Shown: in pieces, positions 51,962 through 64,000 of the stretch
How the letters are laid out: each line of letters begins with the position of its first letter
Position numbering within the stretch: the stretch's first letter is position 1
DNA from: Azolla caroliniana
Lineage: Eukaryota; Plantae; Polypodiophyta
Reading direction: 5' to 3'
Assembly: GCA_043228905.1 (NCBI GenBank)
Contig: JBHGNT010000013.1
Location: 15,934,001 to 15,998,000, forward strand
DNA length: 64,000 bases
Program-made: the position numbers and the translations under genes
The notes under the pieces: generated by a model
What the model saw: only the letters and a program-made list of their open reading frames with translations
Told to the model about the DNA's origin: nothing
Databases searched by the model: none

Positions 51962-53026
51962 TTTGAACATGACATTTGCTGAGTGAAAATGGAGGCACAT
52001 GAAGGATATTAATATTGAAAGCCACAAACCTTTCCAGTTGGGCCATGCTGTTTTGAGAGATTGCAATTGCAGAGAACGCACTCACAACGAATTACAGTAG
52101 AAGATCCTATTTTCTTGATTCCTACTTGTACAGTTGCCTTTCAACAAGATGGGCATTCCTGGATATAATGATTATCTATTGGAGAATATAGCTATGGATG
52201 ATGTATGTATAGGGTGGTTAGTTTATCCGTTCAAATGTATTGGCAATAAGTTGGAGTTGTATTTATTCAAATTTTCAGAGCAAGTTGAGGGTTTCATTGA
52301 GTTGTTTATCTATGGGCTGTCTGACTTAACGTGCTAGTGTGGTAAATGTCTTTTTACAATTTTCCATTAAACTTGAAAATCTTGTGATTTAAGAATTAAA
52401 TACACAATGAATGTCTACATTGATTAAAGCTATACACAACATGATCTAATAATAACAAAACACAATTTGGGGAATCAAGGTTGGAGTTACAAAACACAAC
52501 TACAGCAGCTAAGTAGAGTGTGGTCAAAGAAAACAAGCCATTATTTGTTTTCTTTTAATTTAAAACAATCAAGCTACCACACATTGCATTCTAAATCTTG
52601 TCCTCTTAAGGTGAGAATTTTCTTTCTTCCTACCATTTAATAATTAGCTTACCCTAGTCGTAAGTTCTTCAATTTCTAATCCCAACCTTGGGTTCATAGC
52701 TTAACTCTCACATCTCTATTATTCCATACATATTTTTCTTAATTTACTAGGTGCCAATGTGGAATTTCGGGGTAGAATATATGAGTTTCTAGTCTCTACA
52801 GAACAACCTTACTAATTGCAATACCTTACTAATTGCAATAATCATCTAGGCTCTCTCTACTCTCTCAATATATTCATATACTGTATACATATACATATTC
52901 AAACTATCAAGTTACTAATCATAACAGATTCCCATTAAAGTTTGCAATGTTTGTTACCAATCATTTAAAGTGAGCATTTATTCTTATTACGATATTATTA
53001 CATATTCACAAGCATAGTGAAGGGAG

Positions 53027-53250
53027 CTAGGAGCTCTTCAACAAGCTGTAGAAGAGAATTTGCTCCAGCTCCTTCACACACTCTGCCATAGTGGGTCTGA
53101 ATCTACTGTCATCTTTTACACATCGTGACGCTAAGGCTGCAAAACAAGCTATGGAGTCCATACTGTAGGAGGCCCGTGATAATTCCGGGTCGACGATTCG
53201 TTTCAATTTCCTTCTGCAACGTAACTTACCTTTCACCTAAAAATGGAAAT

Positions 53251-53313
<63 letters not shown>

Positions 53314-55490
53314 AGGAGACATCTCCTAGGTATTCAAGTTGCATTATGGAATCACAATTAGCCAAATATAAGGACATGTAAGGTATGCAAGGAAGGGCTA
53401 GTAGAGAATGAATGTCACTTGTTTTTTACATGTTCTGCGTATAGTGCAATTCGTGAAGCTATGATGATATATTAAAATGGGGTGACGAATTGAGTATCAT
53501 ACTAAAGAGAACACCTAGAAGGTTGAGATCATATTTACACACCGAGACTTGGGTGCTTCAAAGTATGAATATCCCTTCTTAAGGAGACGCACATCAAGAT
53601 AACTTTTGTATTTTGGTCCTATGGGTCAATATTGGCCTCTCTATGGACTCTAAAAAAAATCTATCTCTCTCTTAAAAGCCAGTTTGACCTCTTAAAGTGA
53701 CGTGAATATATCTTTCTTCTCTCTTTCACTTTTCACAGTTATTTACGTATGTCCGTGTTGGGTTACTCTATTCATGTGAAAGAGTGGCTTTCGCTATTTC
53801 AAACAACGGCCTTTTTTTTATTAGGGTTTAGGGTTTAACATCTTCAGTATCCATCTTGAGATGTTGACAATCCAATATTAGCACAACCCAAAAGATGTCC
53901 TCTCTATCTATATGACCACAATTAAAGCATGCCTGCGAGACGAGGTTTTGTTTATGGAGAGCTTGGCATGTATCAACAGGTCTTCTTCCAGTTAGGAGCT
54001 CCAGCAAAACAACTCCGAATCCATACACATCGCTCTTCAAGGTGACATGCCCAGTCTGCTTGCATCAAACAAGCAATATCAATACAAATTGCAAGAAAGC
54101 AACATAGGCAATTTGACATGAGTTTACAACTGAATAGTAGAAGATAAGATGATGAATGAATTCGCACTACTTACTGCAATGTATTGAGGATCCATGTAGC
54201 CAAATGTTCCCAGCACTCGGGTGCTCACATAAGGCATAGAGTCCAAAGGAACTAACTTTGCAAGGCCAAAATCTGAAACCTGTTTTAGCTTTATGCGTTT
54301 AAGAACTTGGTAAAAGTGCTTCCATTCATTAAACAAAATCAGGAAGATAAATATAATCGTATTTCCTCATATTTCTATTATTTCTGTGGATGAAAAGAAA
54401 AGCAGGTTCACTAACAACGAAAAAAAACTCTAGATACTGATGAGAAGAGCATGAAACTACTGTACCTTGGCTTTAAGATTCTTATCAAGTAGAATGTTAC
54501 TCGATTTGAAGTCTCTGTGGATAATAGGATTTCTAATTCCAGAACCATTATGCAAATGGCACAAACCACGAGCAGAGTCAAGCGCAATTGTGACCCTGGT
54601 TGGCCAATCTGTTTTAATCCTCAGTATACCTGGATCATTACCATATCAATAATTGTGCTATTTCACCATACCTGACTATATATCGAGTGACAGGCTAAAT
54701 GCTAAGTCTTCTCAAAGTAAGGATTTCATATGCATACCGTGTAAATGTTCTTGGAGGTTCCCTTTTGCCATGAACTCATAGACTAGCAACCTTTGGCATT
54801 TGTCTGCACAATATCCAATGAGACGAACAAGATTTGGATGATTGAGGCTGCTTAATATGTCCACTTCTAGCCTGAATTGTCGTTCCCCTTCTTGAACCCT
54901 TCTTGCTGTTGGACAATCCATTTGCTTGATAGCCACAACCTGTATGGTAAAATTCTATCAATACTAAATGAATTTGCATTTCCCATATAAGTCTGATCTA
55001 CACCTCAACAATAATTCCGATATAAAACCTCCTGAATTGAAGCCAGTGTGACCATAGGTTCATAGTTGGCAAATATTAATTTTGTTCTGTACCTACTTTA
55101 CCAATTAATGCATTAGATTCATAAAATATATAATGCTCTCTGAAACGTGAATACAACTGCAACGGAGCACTGAGCAGAGATTTTGTAAATCAGGTCATCT
55201 TTCCGATGCTAATTTTGTTCTGGCCTGTTCTCATCTGAATCCTACACCGAGTGCTGGAACGAAGGGAAAAACAAAAGAAAATATTTGCAAGAGAAATTGC
55301 GGTGTACCTGACCATTCTTCAGGATTCCCCGGTAGACACGGCCAAATCCTCCTTCTCCTAGGAAATTACTAGAGCAGAAATTATCCGTTGCTTCTTGGAG
55401 CTCTCGGAGTGTGAACACATCAACTGGATGAGGACGTCCGCCCCTTATCTCTTCCAGGGAACAACACGTAGTACAGTAACCCCACGCCAT
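53027..55490 (-). CDS. Receptor-like cytoplasmic Ser/Thr kinase, PBL28/At1g24030-like, 6 coding exons
   Basis: Exons 55490-55308, 54939-54738, 54629-54466, 54279-54175, 54055-53933 and 53236-53027. [64 protein letters not shown]. The start codon is uncertain because there is an acceptor at ~55527. Confidence 0.9.
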
Positions 55491-55832
55491 CTGCTGATCA
55501 CCATGGTATAGATGCTGTGATCGACCTGCAGAGAGAAATGAGAGGATCCGAAAACGAAACACACACGATCAGATTGTTCAGAGAAATCATTATTACTCTC
55601 TGTTTGACTCATGAGAGAGAGAGAGAGAGAGGAAAATCTTATAGGAGGGAATGGATGAAATAACAAGTATGGGTGTGTGTGTGTGTGTGTGTGTGTGTTT
55701 TACATGGAGAATCGTCCACAGTGTCCACGCGCTGTGAGTCTCGCCATGGATGGAAGAGTCTGAGTCTGCGCAACAAAATCATCATCACACAGGCAGAGGA
55801 GATGGTGAAGGCGAAAGAATATTTGTATGTCT

Positions 55833-55874
<42 letters not shown>

Positions 55875-57445
55875 GAAGAGCAAAAGGAGCGCTATTTGAA
55901 ATCTGTCGATTTCACACTAGAGTAGCCAACTCATTTCATATATGTCCGCCCGAGAATTTCAAAGTCAAGACCTCAAAAAGTCAAAGTCCGGTCAAGAAAA
56001 ACCTTGTGAGTTGGTGACCTCCACCTCCTTTGTCTTCTAATTCTTCTCTGCCATCCATTTCTCTTCCTTTCTTTCTCTTGACCCTTCTTCTTCTTCTTTG
56101 ATCTATATGGTGCACATTGCAAACATCAGTGCCTATGCAAGCTCCTCCTCGTCTTCCTCACTTGGTCCATTTCTCTTAATAATTTAGAACCTAATAAGAC
56201 CATGTTTCGTATTGTTGCTCCCATTGCCCCATTCTCATCTATGTCTTTTTCTTATGCTTGTTGTTAGTGCCATGTAAACCTAACTTGAACAAATGCCCGA
56301 ATGATGTTTATCATTGTGAGTCATGTAATTAAGACGTCATCGTATCGCCTTAATCAAGTATGGTAGCATGTGATTGCTAATATTGAGGGGTAGCTTGGCA
56401 TTGTTGTCAAACTTTTAACTCCAACCAAGCATTTATACTATGCACAATCGTTGCTTCTTGAGCGGCAACACATCCTTCGGAACCAATGGTTTCAAACTTC
56501 CATGTTTTGTTTGGATAAATTCCATTGCCATAAGACCATGCAAATGTAGTGGTAGCATAAATTGGAGAGCATTTGCATTTGAATGTCATCCATTGCATGT
56601 GCAATTAGATTTACTATTGAAAGTCGTATTCAAGCTCACTACTATGATGTATTTAAGTGTGAACAAGTGTGTTCATTACCACTCAAATTATGTATTTAAG
56701 TGAATTTTGATTGCAATTAATTTCACTACCAACAACTATATTCAAGCTCACTACTAGCATGTGCGATTAGAATCACTATAGAAAGTCAAATTTAAGTTCA
56801 CCCTACAATTATGTCCAAAGTTTTAACTAAATCAAAGTTTTTGCAAAGCGGTGCATATGAGAGTGCGCACACACACACACACACACACACTCATCTTATC
56901 CAATGGAACTCGCACAATATTTACTTCAATGTTAGAAAACTCATATATTAATATGTAGCAAACAAGTAATCATCTTCGATGATATTGAATGCCAACATTG
57001 AATTTCAATGGTTGTACTTTGTGTGTTCATATTTTAAGTTTGAGATAATGCATACCAACTAGTGATAGCGTACTCCTAAAATCGTGGCTTTACAAATCAT
57101 TGTCAAGAACCCAAAGGTTGAAAACAATACCATTGCCTAATACGCAATGCTAGAAAATCCAACCTACCTTGCTTTGATATTTGTACAAGTCCCAAGTCCT
57201 ACACATTATTGGGCGTTATAAGTAATTTAGAATGGAGATAGATGATATATTATTACGGTTAATTATTGACTTCTCACTTCTTGTTGTGTTGCGATCTACT
57301 TGCGGCATAAGGATATTGATCTAGATGACCTTTTTGTTACTTTTTTGTTTGTTTCTATCCCTTTTTCCTTCATGTTTCGTTTTGGTTCCTAAATACACGA
57401 AAATCAATTGCCTTACGACAAGAAAAGCCGAACTCTTTTCCTTTC

Positions 57446-58158
57446 TGTCACAGGTATATCTAATGTAAGCATAAATATAAGGAAATAGACAAGAGAATAA
57501 AGAGACAAGGAGAGAAAGTAGCATTTTGATCCACTAGACCATCCCTAAATGAAGGGATTGAGACGAACCCGAGCCTTGAACCACGTCTCATATACTATTG
57601 CGTATAAGTTTCGAGTGGTAACATGGTAGTGGTGTGTGCTCGCCACAAGAGCTAGTTCACCGCAAGATCATAGTCTCAATAGCCTCATAAGGGGGATCAT
57701 TCAACTATGTCGAAGATTGTGATCTTGTGGTGAACAAACTCTAGTGGCAAGCGTGCTCCAATACCAAGTATGCTACAAAGTGGTATACGATACTATTCAG
57801 GACTTGGGTGGTAGGGTAGATGGACACCTTGCTCTCATTCTCTCTTTGTCTCTTTATTTTCTTATCTATTTTCCAAGGTGCATGATAACGTTAGATATAT
57901 CCGTGACACTTTCGATACTATTCAGGGCTTGGGTGGTAGGCTAGATGGACACCCTGCTCTCATTCTCTCTCTGTCTCTTTATTTTCTTATCTATTTTCCA
58001 AGGTGCATGATAACGTTAGATATATCCGTGACACTTTCGATACTATTCAGGGCTTGGGTGGTAGGCTAGATGGACACCCTGCTCTCATTCTCTCTTTGTC
58101 TCTTTATTTTCTTATCTATTTTCCAAGGTGCATGATAACGTTAGATATATCCGTGACA
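57446..58158. mobile_element. Small TG..CA element with ~70-bp imperfect terminal inverted repeats and a 5-bp TSD; right end triplicated (125-bp units)
   Basis: The left end tgtcacaggtatatctaa..gaaatagacaagagaataaagagacaa is the inverse of ..ttgtctctttattttcttatctatttt..ttagatatatccgtgaca. ctttc occurs at 57441-57445 and after each right end (57909, 58034, 58159). Confidence 0.75.
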
Positions 58159-58288
58159 CTTTCGGTCGGTCGTCTACGTGCTCATAGAGACTCCAGCGTG
58201 TCAATGACGAGGAACATTGACACGTTGTTGAGAGGATGACATTCACATGGACACACAGGCCAAATGGTCGGTTGCCTTGGGGTGGATA

Positions 58289-58356
58289 ATTTTAGGGTTC
58301 CCACTACAAACGCTAAATGGATTTAGGGTTTAGCGATTAGGGTTTAGGGTTTAGGG
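58289..58356 (+). promoter_or_regulatory. Telo-box cluster (TTTAGGG) immediately upstream of the PPR gene
   Basis: tttagggtt at ~58291 and 58322, and tagggtttagggtttaggg at 58338-58356. Confidence 0.55.
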
Positions 58357-58375
58357 CACATTGTTGGTGCCATGG

Positions 58376-60379
58376 ATGTCGAGCAGAGGCCCGAATAAGC
58401 TGTTGACGCATTGCAACTTTGCAGACTCTTCCTCTGTCGCTGCCCTCATACGCACCTATGGCGATCACAAGGCTCTTTCTCAGGGCCAACGACTTCATGC
58501 TCATATCCTTATTCTCGGCTATGGAGATGATGCTCACCAAATCTGCTTCCTTGAGAATCTTCTCATTCAGATGTATGGCAAGTGTGGATCCATGGATGAT
58601 GCCATCTCTGTGTTTTCGAATATCCACGAAACCGATCAGTTCTCTTGGAACCTATTTCTCGGTGCTTGCATTCAGAACAATGAAATTTACAAAGCTTTTC
58701 ATCACTTCCATCAAATGCAGACTCAAGGTCTTCTTCCCAACAAACACACATTCCTTCACATCCTTGCAGCATGTGCTGGACATAATTCCATATCAAAAGG
58801 TAAGCTGATGCATGCTCTGGCCTTGAGCAATGGATTGGTTTCAGACCTTGTGCTTGAATGTGCCATTGTGAATATGTATGGAAAATGTGGAGATGTGTAT
58901 GAAGCGAGAAAAATGTTCAATAGCATGTCAAATCACAACGTCATATCATGGAATGCTATGATTTCAACTTATGCACAGCAGGGACAGAGTAGTAACGCCC
59001 TTGTATTATTTTGGAAGATGCTTCAGCAGGGATTTGAACCCAGTAAGGTTACGTTTGTGAGCCTTCTTGATGCGTGTGCAAGTGACTTAATGATTGATGA
59101 AGCTATGTTGATGCATGTTTATATTGCTTCCAGCAGTTTCGAAGCGGATTCTGTTGTTGGAACTTCTCTTGTTAATATTTATGGTAAATGTGGCAGTATG
59201 AATGAAGCTCTTTACATGTTCCGGAAGATTCCTGTTAAAAATGTGGTTACATGGAATGCAATGATTGGAATCTCTGCCTTCCATGGACAAGGGAAAGATT
59301 CGTTTAAGCTGTTTAAAGAGATGAATCTGGCTGGAATTGTACCCAATAGGAGTACATTTGTTAGCATGCTCTCTGCTTGTGCAATGCTGGAAGACTTGGT
59401 AGATGGTAGATATGTACATTCTTGTATGATTAGGAGTGGAATTACATATGATGTAGTTCTTGCTACCGCACTTGTTAGTATGTATGGTAAGTGTGCAAGT
59501 TTGAAGGATGCTCGAGTTACTTTCGATGAGATGGTCACGAGTGATGCAGTAGCATGGACAGCCATGTTTGCTGCATATGTGCAACAAGGTGAGAGTAAGG
59601 AGGCACTTTCCCTTATTCCGAAAATGCCCTCTGGCCCGTTTCTTGCTGATAATGTCACCTTTATTAGCATATTGGATGCTTGTGCAACTGAAGGGGCTAT
59701 AGCAGAAGGTCAACTAATACATGCTTTAGTGCTGGATAGCAAATTTGAGTGCGATACTGTTGTAGGGACTGCTCTTCTTAACATGTATAGCAAATGTGCA
59801 AATTTGGAAGATGCGTGGAATGTTTTCAATATAATCAGTGAACGTGATGTTGTCACGTGGAATGCTATCATTGCAGCATATGGTCAGCATGGTCATGTGA
59901 AGGTTGCAATGGATCTGTTTTACCAGATGCTGCTATCTGTTGTCCCAGATGAAATCACTTTCATTTGTGTCCTTACTGCATGTAGTCATGCTGGTATGGT
60001 CAATGACGTTGATCAATGGTTTCACTTTATGCAGACTTTCCATGGCATTTCACCTAGTATCGATCATTGCAATTGCTTGCTTGACCTATTTGGGCGATCT
60101 GGATGGATAGATAAAGGCAACCATTTGATTCTCAGCATGCCTTTTCAGCCTAGCACTACATCATGGATGACCATGTTAAGTGCATGTAGAACTCATCTAA
60201 ATGTGCTAGGAGGAGAAAATGCTGCAGCTCAAATATTTGAAACTGAAGGAGAATTTCCTGCCCCTTATGTTGTGCTTTCAAATCTGTATTCTGTTACAGG
60301 TCAATTAGATGCTGCAGACAGAATTAGGAAAATGATGAAGTGCAAAAATACCTGCAGTATGATTGAAATTGATGTATGA
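58376..60379 (+). CDS. PLS-class pentatricopeptide repeat protein with E domain, no DYW (probable organellar RNA-editing specificity factor)
   Basis: Intronless. Repeated MYGKCG..A..F / V.WNAMI / P..TF.S.L.ACA triplets. E motifs MPFQPSTTSWMTMLSACRTH, YVVLSNLYS and CSMIEI. The first in-frame ATG is at 58376. Confidence 0.93.
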   Translation: MSSRGPNKLLTHCNFADSSSVAALIRTYGDHKALSQGQRLHAHILILGYGDDAHQICFLENLLIQMYGKCGSMDDAISVFSNIHETDQFSWNLFLGACIQNNEIYKAFHHFHQMQTQGLLPNKHTFLHILAACAGHNSISKGKLMHALALSNGLVSDLVLECAIVNMYGKCGDVYEARKMFNSMSNHNVISWNAMISTYAQQGQSSNALVLFWKMLQQGFEPSKVTFVSLLDACASDLMIDEAMLMHVYIASSSFEADSVVGTSLVNIYGKCGSMNEALYMFRKIPVKNVVTWNAMIGISAFHGQGKDSFKLFKEMNLAGIVPNRSTFVSMLSACAMLEDLVDGRYVHSCMIRSGITYDVVLATALVSMYGKCASLKDARVTFDEMVTSDAVAWTAMFAAYVQQGESKEALSLIPKMPSGPFLADNVTFISILDACATEGAIAEGQLIHALVLDSKFECDTVVGTALLNMYSKCANLEDAWNVFNIISERDVVTWNAIIAAYGQHGHVKVAMDLFYQMLLSVVPDEITFICVLTACSHAGMVNDVDQWFHFMQTFHGISPSIDHCNCLLDLFGRSGWIDKGNHLILSMPFQPSTTSWMTMLSACRTHLNVLGGENAAAQIFETEGEFPAPYVVLSNLYSVTGQLDAADRIRKMMKCKNTCSMIEIDV

Positions 60380-61523
60380 CAACCCAAAATTTAATGATAA
60401 GGGCAGGTTTGATGTTTTCCCTTGAAATGAGTGTGTTGATGTTTTCTTTGAACATAATTGGTTTAGAATTTCATAAAATGACACAATTGGTTTAGAGTTA
60501 TAAGATGGTGTGGTTCATATATCTCAATGATTTGTATCCTCATTTAAACAATAACTATGATGTCTTGATGAGAACTACGATAAATTAGCAATGAGGGTAG
60601 TAAAGTCTAAGACACATGATGAATATCGAAGTATGGTTAATTAGTTTATGATGCATTAGTAATGTAACAATACATCGATATGGTGCTTGATGTGTCCATG
60701 ATACATAGGAACTTGCATTACCAACAATAATATGGTTCACTTTTCAAAGTTCTGAAAATGTCGCTTCATGATTAGTTTGGTATTTCTAAGACAATCTTAT
60801 GAATATGTAAATCCAAATGTATAAACCCAACATAATATCTGAAACATGTAAATTAGACCCAAAAATTGATAGGAAAATATATTAACATCCATGCCCATTA
60901 CTGTGTTTAAAATATAGCTAGTAATATTCACAATTAGCATAGATTAGATCTATAAGAATAAAACAGCTTCATTGCATGGTGAAATATTTTAAATAGATAT
61001 ACTATATACATAATTACCAATATTCACTGCTAATTTACCGTGGTCCAGAGTCCAAAGAACTAGCAATGCCATGCCAACAACTATGTCATCTTTCAAAGCC
61101 TTGATTCTTGATAACACTTATACTACCAAACAGAATAGATCTAGCAATTCATTAGTTGCGACAAGATCCAATAATGCAGCCTAGTCAAATTCAATGACAT
61201 GAATAACATAAATGAAGATACATGAATTCAAGAGACCTGACGATGGCAGGAGTTTGGATATATTGAAAAAAATGCCACCGCTTAGGTTGCATCGAAAGCC
61301 ATCTTTACAGGCATTATTGCCAGATATATCAAATTATGTTGTTGATTGGGTATTACAGGCATTTATTTCATGACATATCAATAAAGGCACTTGGGGCACC
61401 AAATAATGATCCGAGACATCGATACAGGAGGCATTACTCGAAGTAGTGATGCCACAAGGACAACTTGTGGGAACATTCAATGACAAGATGATGAGAAATG
61501 CGGATGAATTTAGAGGGTGTGTG

Positions 61524-62039
61524 CTAAGAGAAGTTGTCCTGACTGGTGGCCGCAGAAGAAGAGCACACCGGATTTTCGCTGAAGTTAGAGATGTCATAAG
61601 AAGCAGAGGCAGGGCCAACACTGAAGACAAGGTTAGAGCCAGATACGGTGATGGAGGAGATGGGCCACCATATGAAGAAAACCTTGACATTGACTCCGGA
61701 GAGGTCGGAGAGGCTGCCAGGTTCTAGGGTTCCGGTAATACTGGCGGAATACTTCACTGGGTAGGCTGACGGAATGTTGACGGTGCAGGAAGACTCCAAA
61801 GATAAACTAAAGCTGCCGTCATCTTCATCCAGATCGTAACTCGTAACTGTCTCGGGTAGCAGACCTGAAGGAAACCCATAGGCCTCCAACAGCTCATAGG
61901 CTGTGCTATTATTGCTCCCAATTATGTTGATGTTGCTACTTCCTCTGCAGTACTGGATCTGTAGAAGGGCAATCACAAATAGAACTACAATCATCGCTTC
62001 TCCACTAACTTTTCTCATCTTTGCTTTGAGGAAGGGCAT
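61524..62039 (-). CDS. DUF538-family protein with an N-terminal signal peptide
   Basis: Hydrophobic IVVLFVIALL, then TAYELLEAYGFPSGLLP..V.SYDLD..DGSFSL.L..SC, Y...ITG.L..G.L.DLSGV.VKVFFIWWPI and F..NPVC. Confidence 0.88.
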   Translation of the reverse strand: MPFLKAKMRKVSGEAMIVVLFVIALLQIQYCRGSSNINIIGSNNSTAYELLEAYGFPSGLLPETVTSYDLDEDDGSFSLSLESSCTVNIPSAYPVKYSASITGTLEPGSLSDLSGVNVKVFFIWWPISSITVSGSNLVFSVGPASASYDISNFSENPVCSSSAATSQDNFS

Positions 62040-63199
62040 GAAATTCGGGATCCTGGCCTTTGCCGGGAATCAGATATTTTAGGGTTAGGGTTAGGGTTAG
62101 GGGTCTGCAGGACTCTGATATCCTGAGATTAAAGCAATGATAGACCAGAGACTCTCCGGCCAGAGGAAATTAAAGCTGCAAGTACGGTTGAATTTCTAGG
62201 ATTAGAGGGGTGGGGGTGGGGTTGGGGAGTTTTTTTAGCGCAAGGGTGTGAGCCTTGAGGATAGTAGGGTTTTTTGTAGGCGGAAGAGATCTGCAGATTT
62301 GAGGCCCTCCGGAGAGAAGATGGAGATATACAGAGATGAGAAAGCTAGCGAATCTGTGTGGTGAGGGGACAACCTCCCTCTAGAGACAGAGACAGAGACA
62401 GAGACAGAGAGAGACAAAGAGAGGAGTGGTGGGCATGTTCTTTTTGTCAACCATGTCCATGGGTCTTTTGTGGATGGAGTTGTTTCATTCCACATTTGAC
62501 AATCAGATTGTATGGTCACTCCTGAAAGTCCCTATGATGGCCGTCCTGACCAAATCATAACACGAGAACTGCCCATCGGCCGACCCTTGCAAGCTTCTCT
62601 ATTTTTGTTCGGAAATTTGGACTCGATTTGGGACGCCCTAAATCATCGTATATGTCCCTACCAACCATTTTGTCCCATGGTTTGTGTTGGATACATTTAG
62701 GTTTGTGGATTCATAGTTGTGTGTCGCATTTAAATAGAGTATATTGCCCCACCGCTTCTCTTCTATATGGTCCCAAGATCCAGACCACGTAGGAGTTCGA
62801 AACAAGTAAATGTCTCTAAACATCCTCCCCCCTTTATTCACACTTTCCATGTTTCCTCCCATGTAAAGGTGTATGATGTAATTGCGTGTTCTTATATATT
62901 AAATGGCGATAAGCGTGTATTGATCATCAGAAATAACGTGTACATAAATGAACATTTTGTTCACGAAAACACAAGGCTTTTTTATTTGGCTTTTAACAGT
63001 ACATACTACATGTACATGTAGAGTTTATACATTAGGAACATCTCCTCTTAAGTAAAGTATGTATATGGTTAACAAGGTGTTTTTTGCCTCATTCTACACT
63101 ATAATGGCACATTTCTCACATCCATTTCCTCTACTCAATATTAACCAAGCCCATATCCACACATTTGCTCTTGCCCTTGAGAGGATATCTTTTATGTAA

Positions 63200-64000
63200 T
63201 GATATAATTGGTGCTAAATAGAGAAATTCATTACCTTGGAATAAGCCCACATAGTCAACATTACCCAAATTGTATACAACTTGTCTTGTAATAATTTTTC
63301 TTCTCATATTAGCATTAAGGACACCAATCATATAAAAAAGGCAATAACACGTAACTAACCCAAAAAAGGGGTCCATCAAAACTTTTGATAAAAGAAGACA
63401 TTACTTCCTTGGACTAAGAAGGCATTACAAATATTGTTGCAATCTCTTCGGTTCATGTTCTGGCAGAAGGGGATTGTACATTTGGAAGATGTGGTTGATA
63501 ATGAATCTCAATGGTTGTCGGATTTTGAAGATGCCAAACAATGGTTATGTATTCCCCCAAATTATGGATTTATTGGGGAGAAATTACAAGATATACCATT
63601 GTTGCAAGGATCTTTGCCATTGAAAACAAATTTTGCACCTTGAATGGATTGGCGGTTACAAGATGGTACACGCTTGTTATAGGTCACTACAAATATATTG
63701 TATCATCATGCGATGGCATCATTATCTTGGCTATCTCCTAAAGTAGCAAAATATTAAAATTGTGGAATGTATGTAAGTTAGATGCAAGGTGGTGGAAAAT
63801 ATTACAACGTGGTTGGCATTCCCATCTACCATTTCGTGTAAAGGTATTAATATTGAGAGTCATGAATGGTGGGTTCCCATTAGGTTCGGCCTTAAAGAGA
63901 CGAGGACTAGGGTCTGACACTTGTTTCTTTTGCACCGTTCCATTGGAGGATAGTACACATAAGTTCATTAAATGTCCTATAGCGTGTACCATTTGGAAAT
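63200..64000 (+). pseudogene. Degenerate non-LTR (L1-like LINE) ORF2 C-terminal zf-RVT region
   Basis: WWKILQRGWHSHLPFRVKVLILRVMNGGFPLG...CFFCTVPLEDSTHKFIKCPIACTIWK reads from ~63790 to the window end. Upstream pieces are frameshifted. Confidence 0.7.

Noticed and set aside
57788-58162. CRISPR-like or regularly spaced array (also 40866-42720)
   Set aside because: Units are contiguous tandem copies without unique spacers, the context is eukaryotic and there are no cas genes.
60380-60600. Split or degenerate DYW domain after the PPR stop
   Set aside because: No HSE/CxxC/DYW motifs were recognisable downstream.
59087-61727. Antisense ORFs over the PPR and DUF538 genes
   Set aside because: Shadow frames of real genes with no recognisable motifs.

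Overview
Land-plant nuclear DNA. The PPR style and TE lineages look fern/non-seed-plant-like, but that is inference. Bases 1-~46.7 kb are a deeply nested LTR-retrotransposon pile. It holds about seven degenerate Ty1/copia fragments, one young near-intact chromoviral Ty3/gypsy element (10816-17924, 472-bp LTRs, TSD CTTCG) and several insertions of a distinct non-chromoviral gypsy lineage. That lineage shows TGTCG...CGACA termini, a tRNA-Trp PBS, 4-bp CpG-centred TSDs, a DH[G/S] protease motif and tandem tRNA-like A/B-box cassettes inside the LTR. Bases ~47-62 kb are a compact gene island with an EXECUTER gene (+), a PBL28-like receptor-like cytoplasmic kinase (-), a PLS-E class PPR (+) and a secreted DUF538 protein (-), followed by a LINE remnant. 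The most notable unexplained structures are the CpG-targeting, tRNA-cassette gypsy family, a four-arm foldback array of a copia integrase fragment, a 326-bp protease-region tandem array and a TG..CA element with long TIRs and a 5-bp TSD. All coordinates were read by eye and may be off by a few bases.
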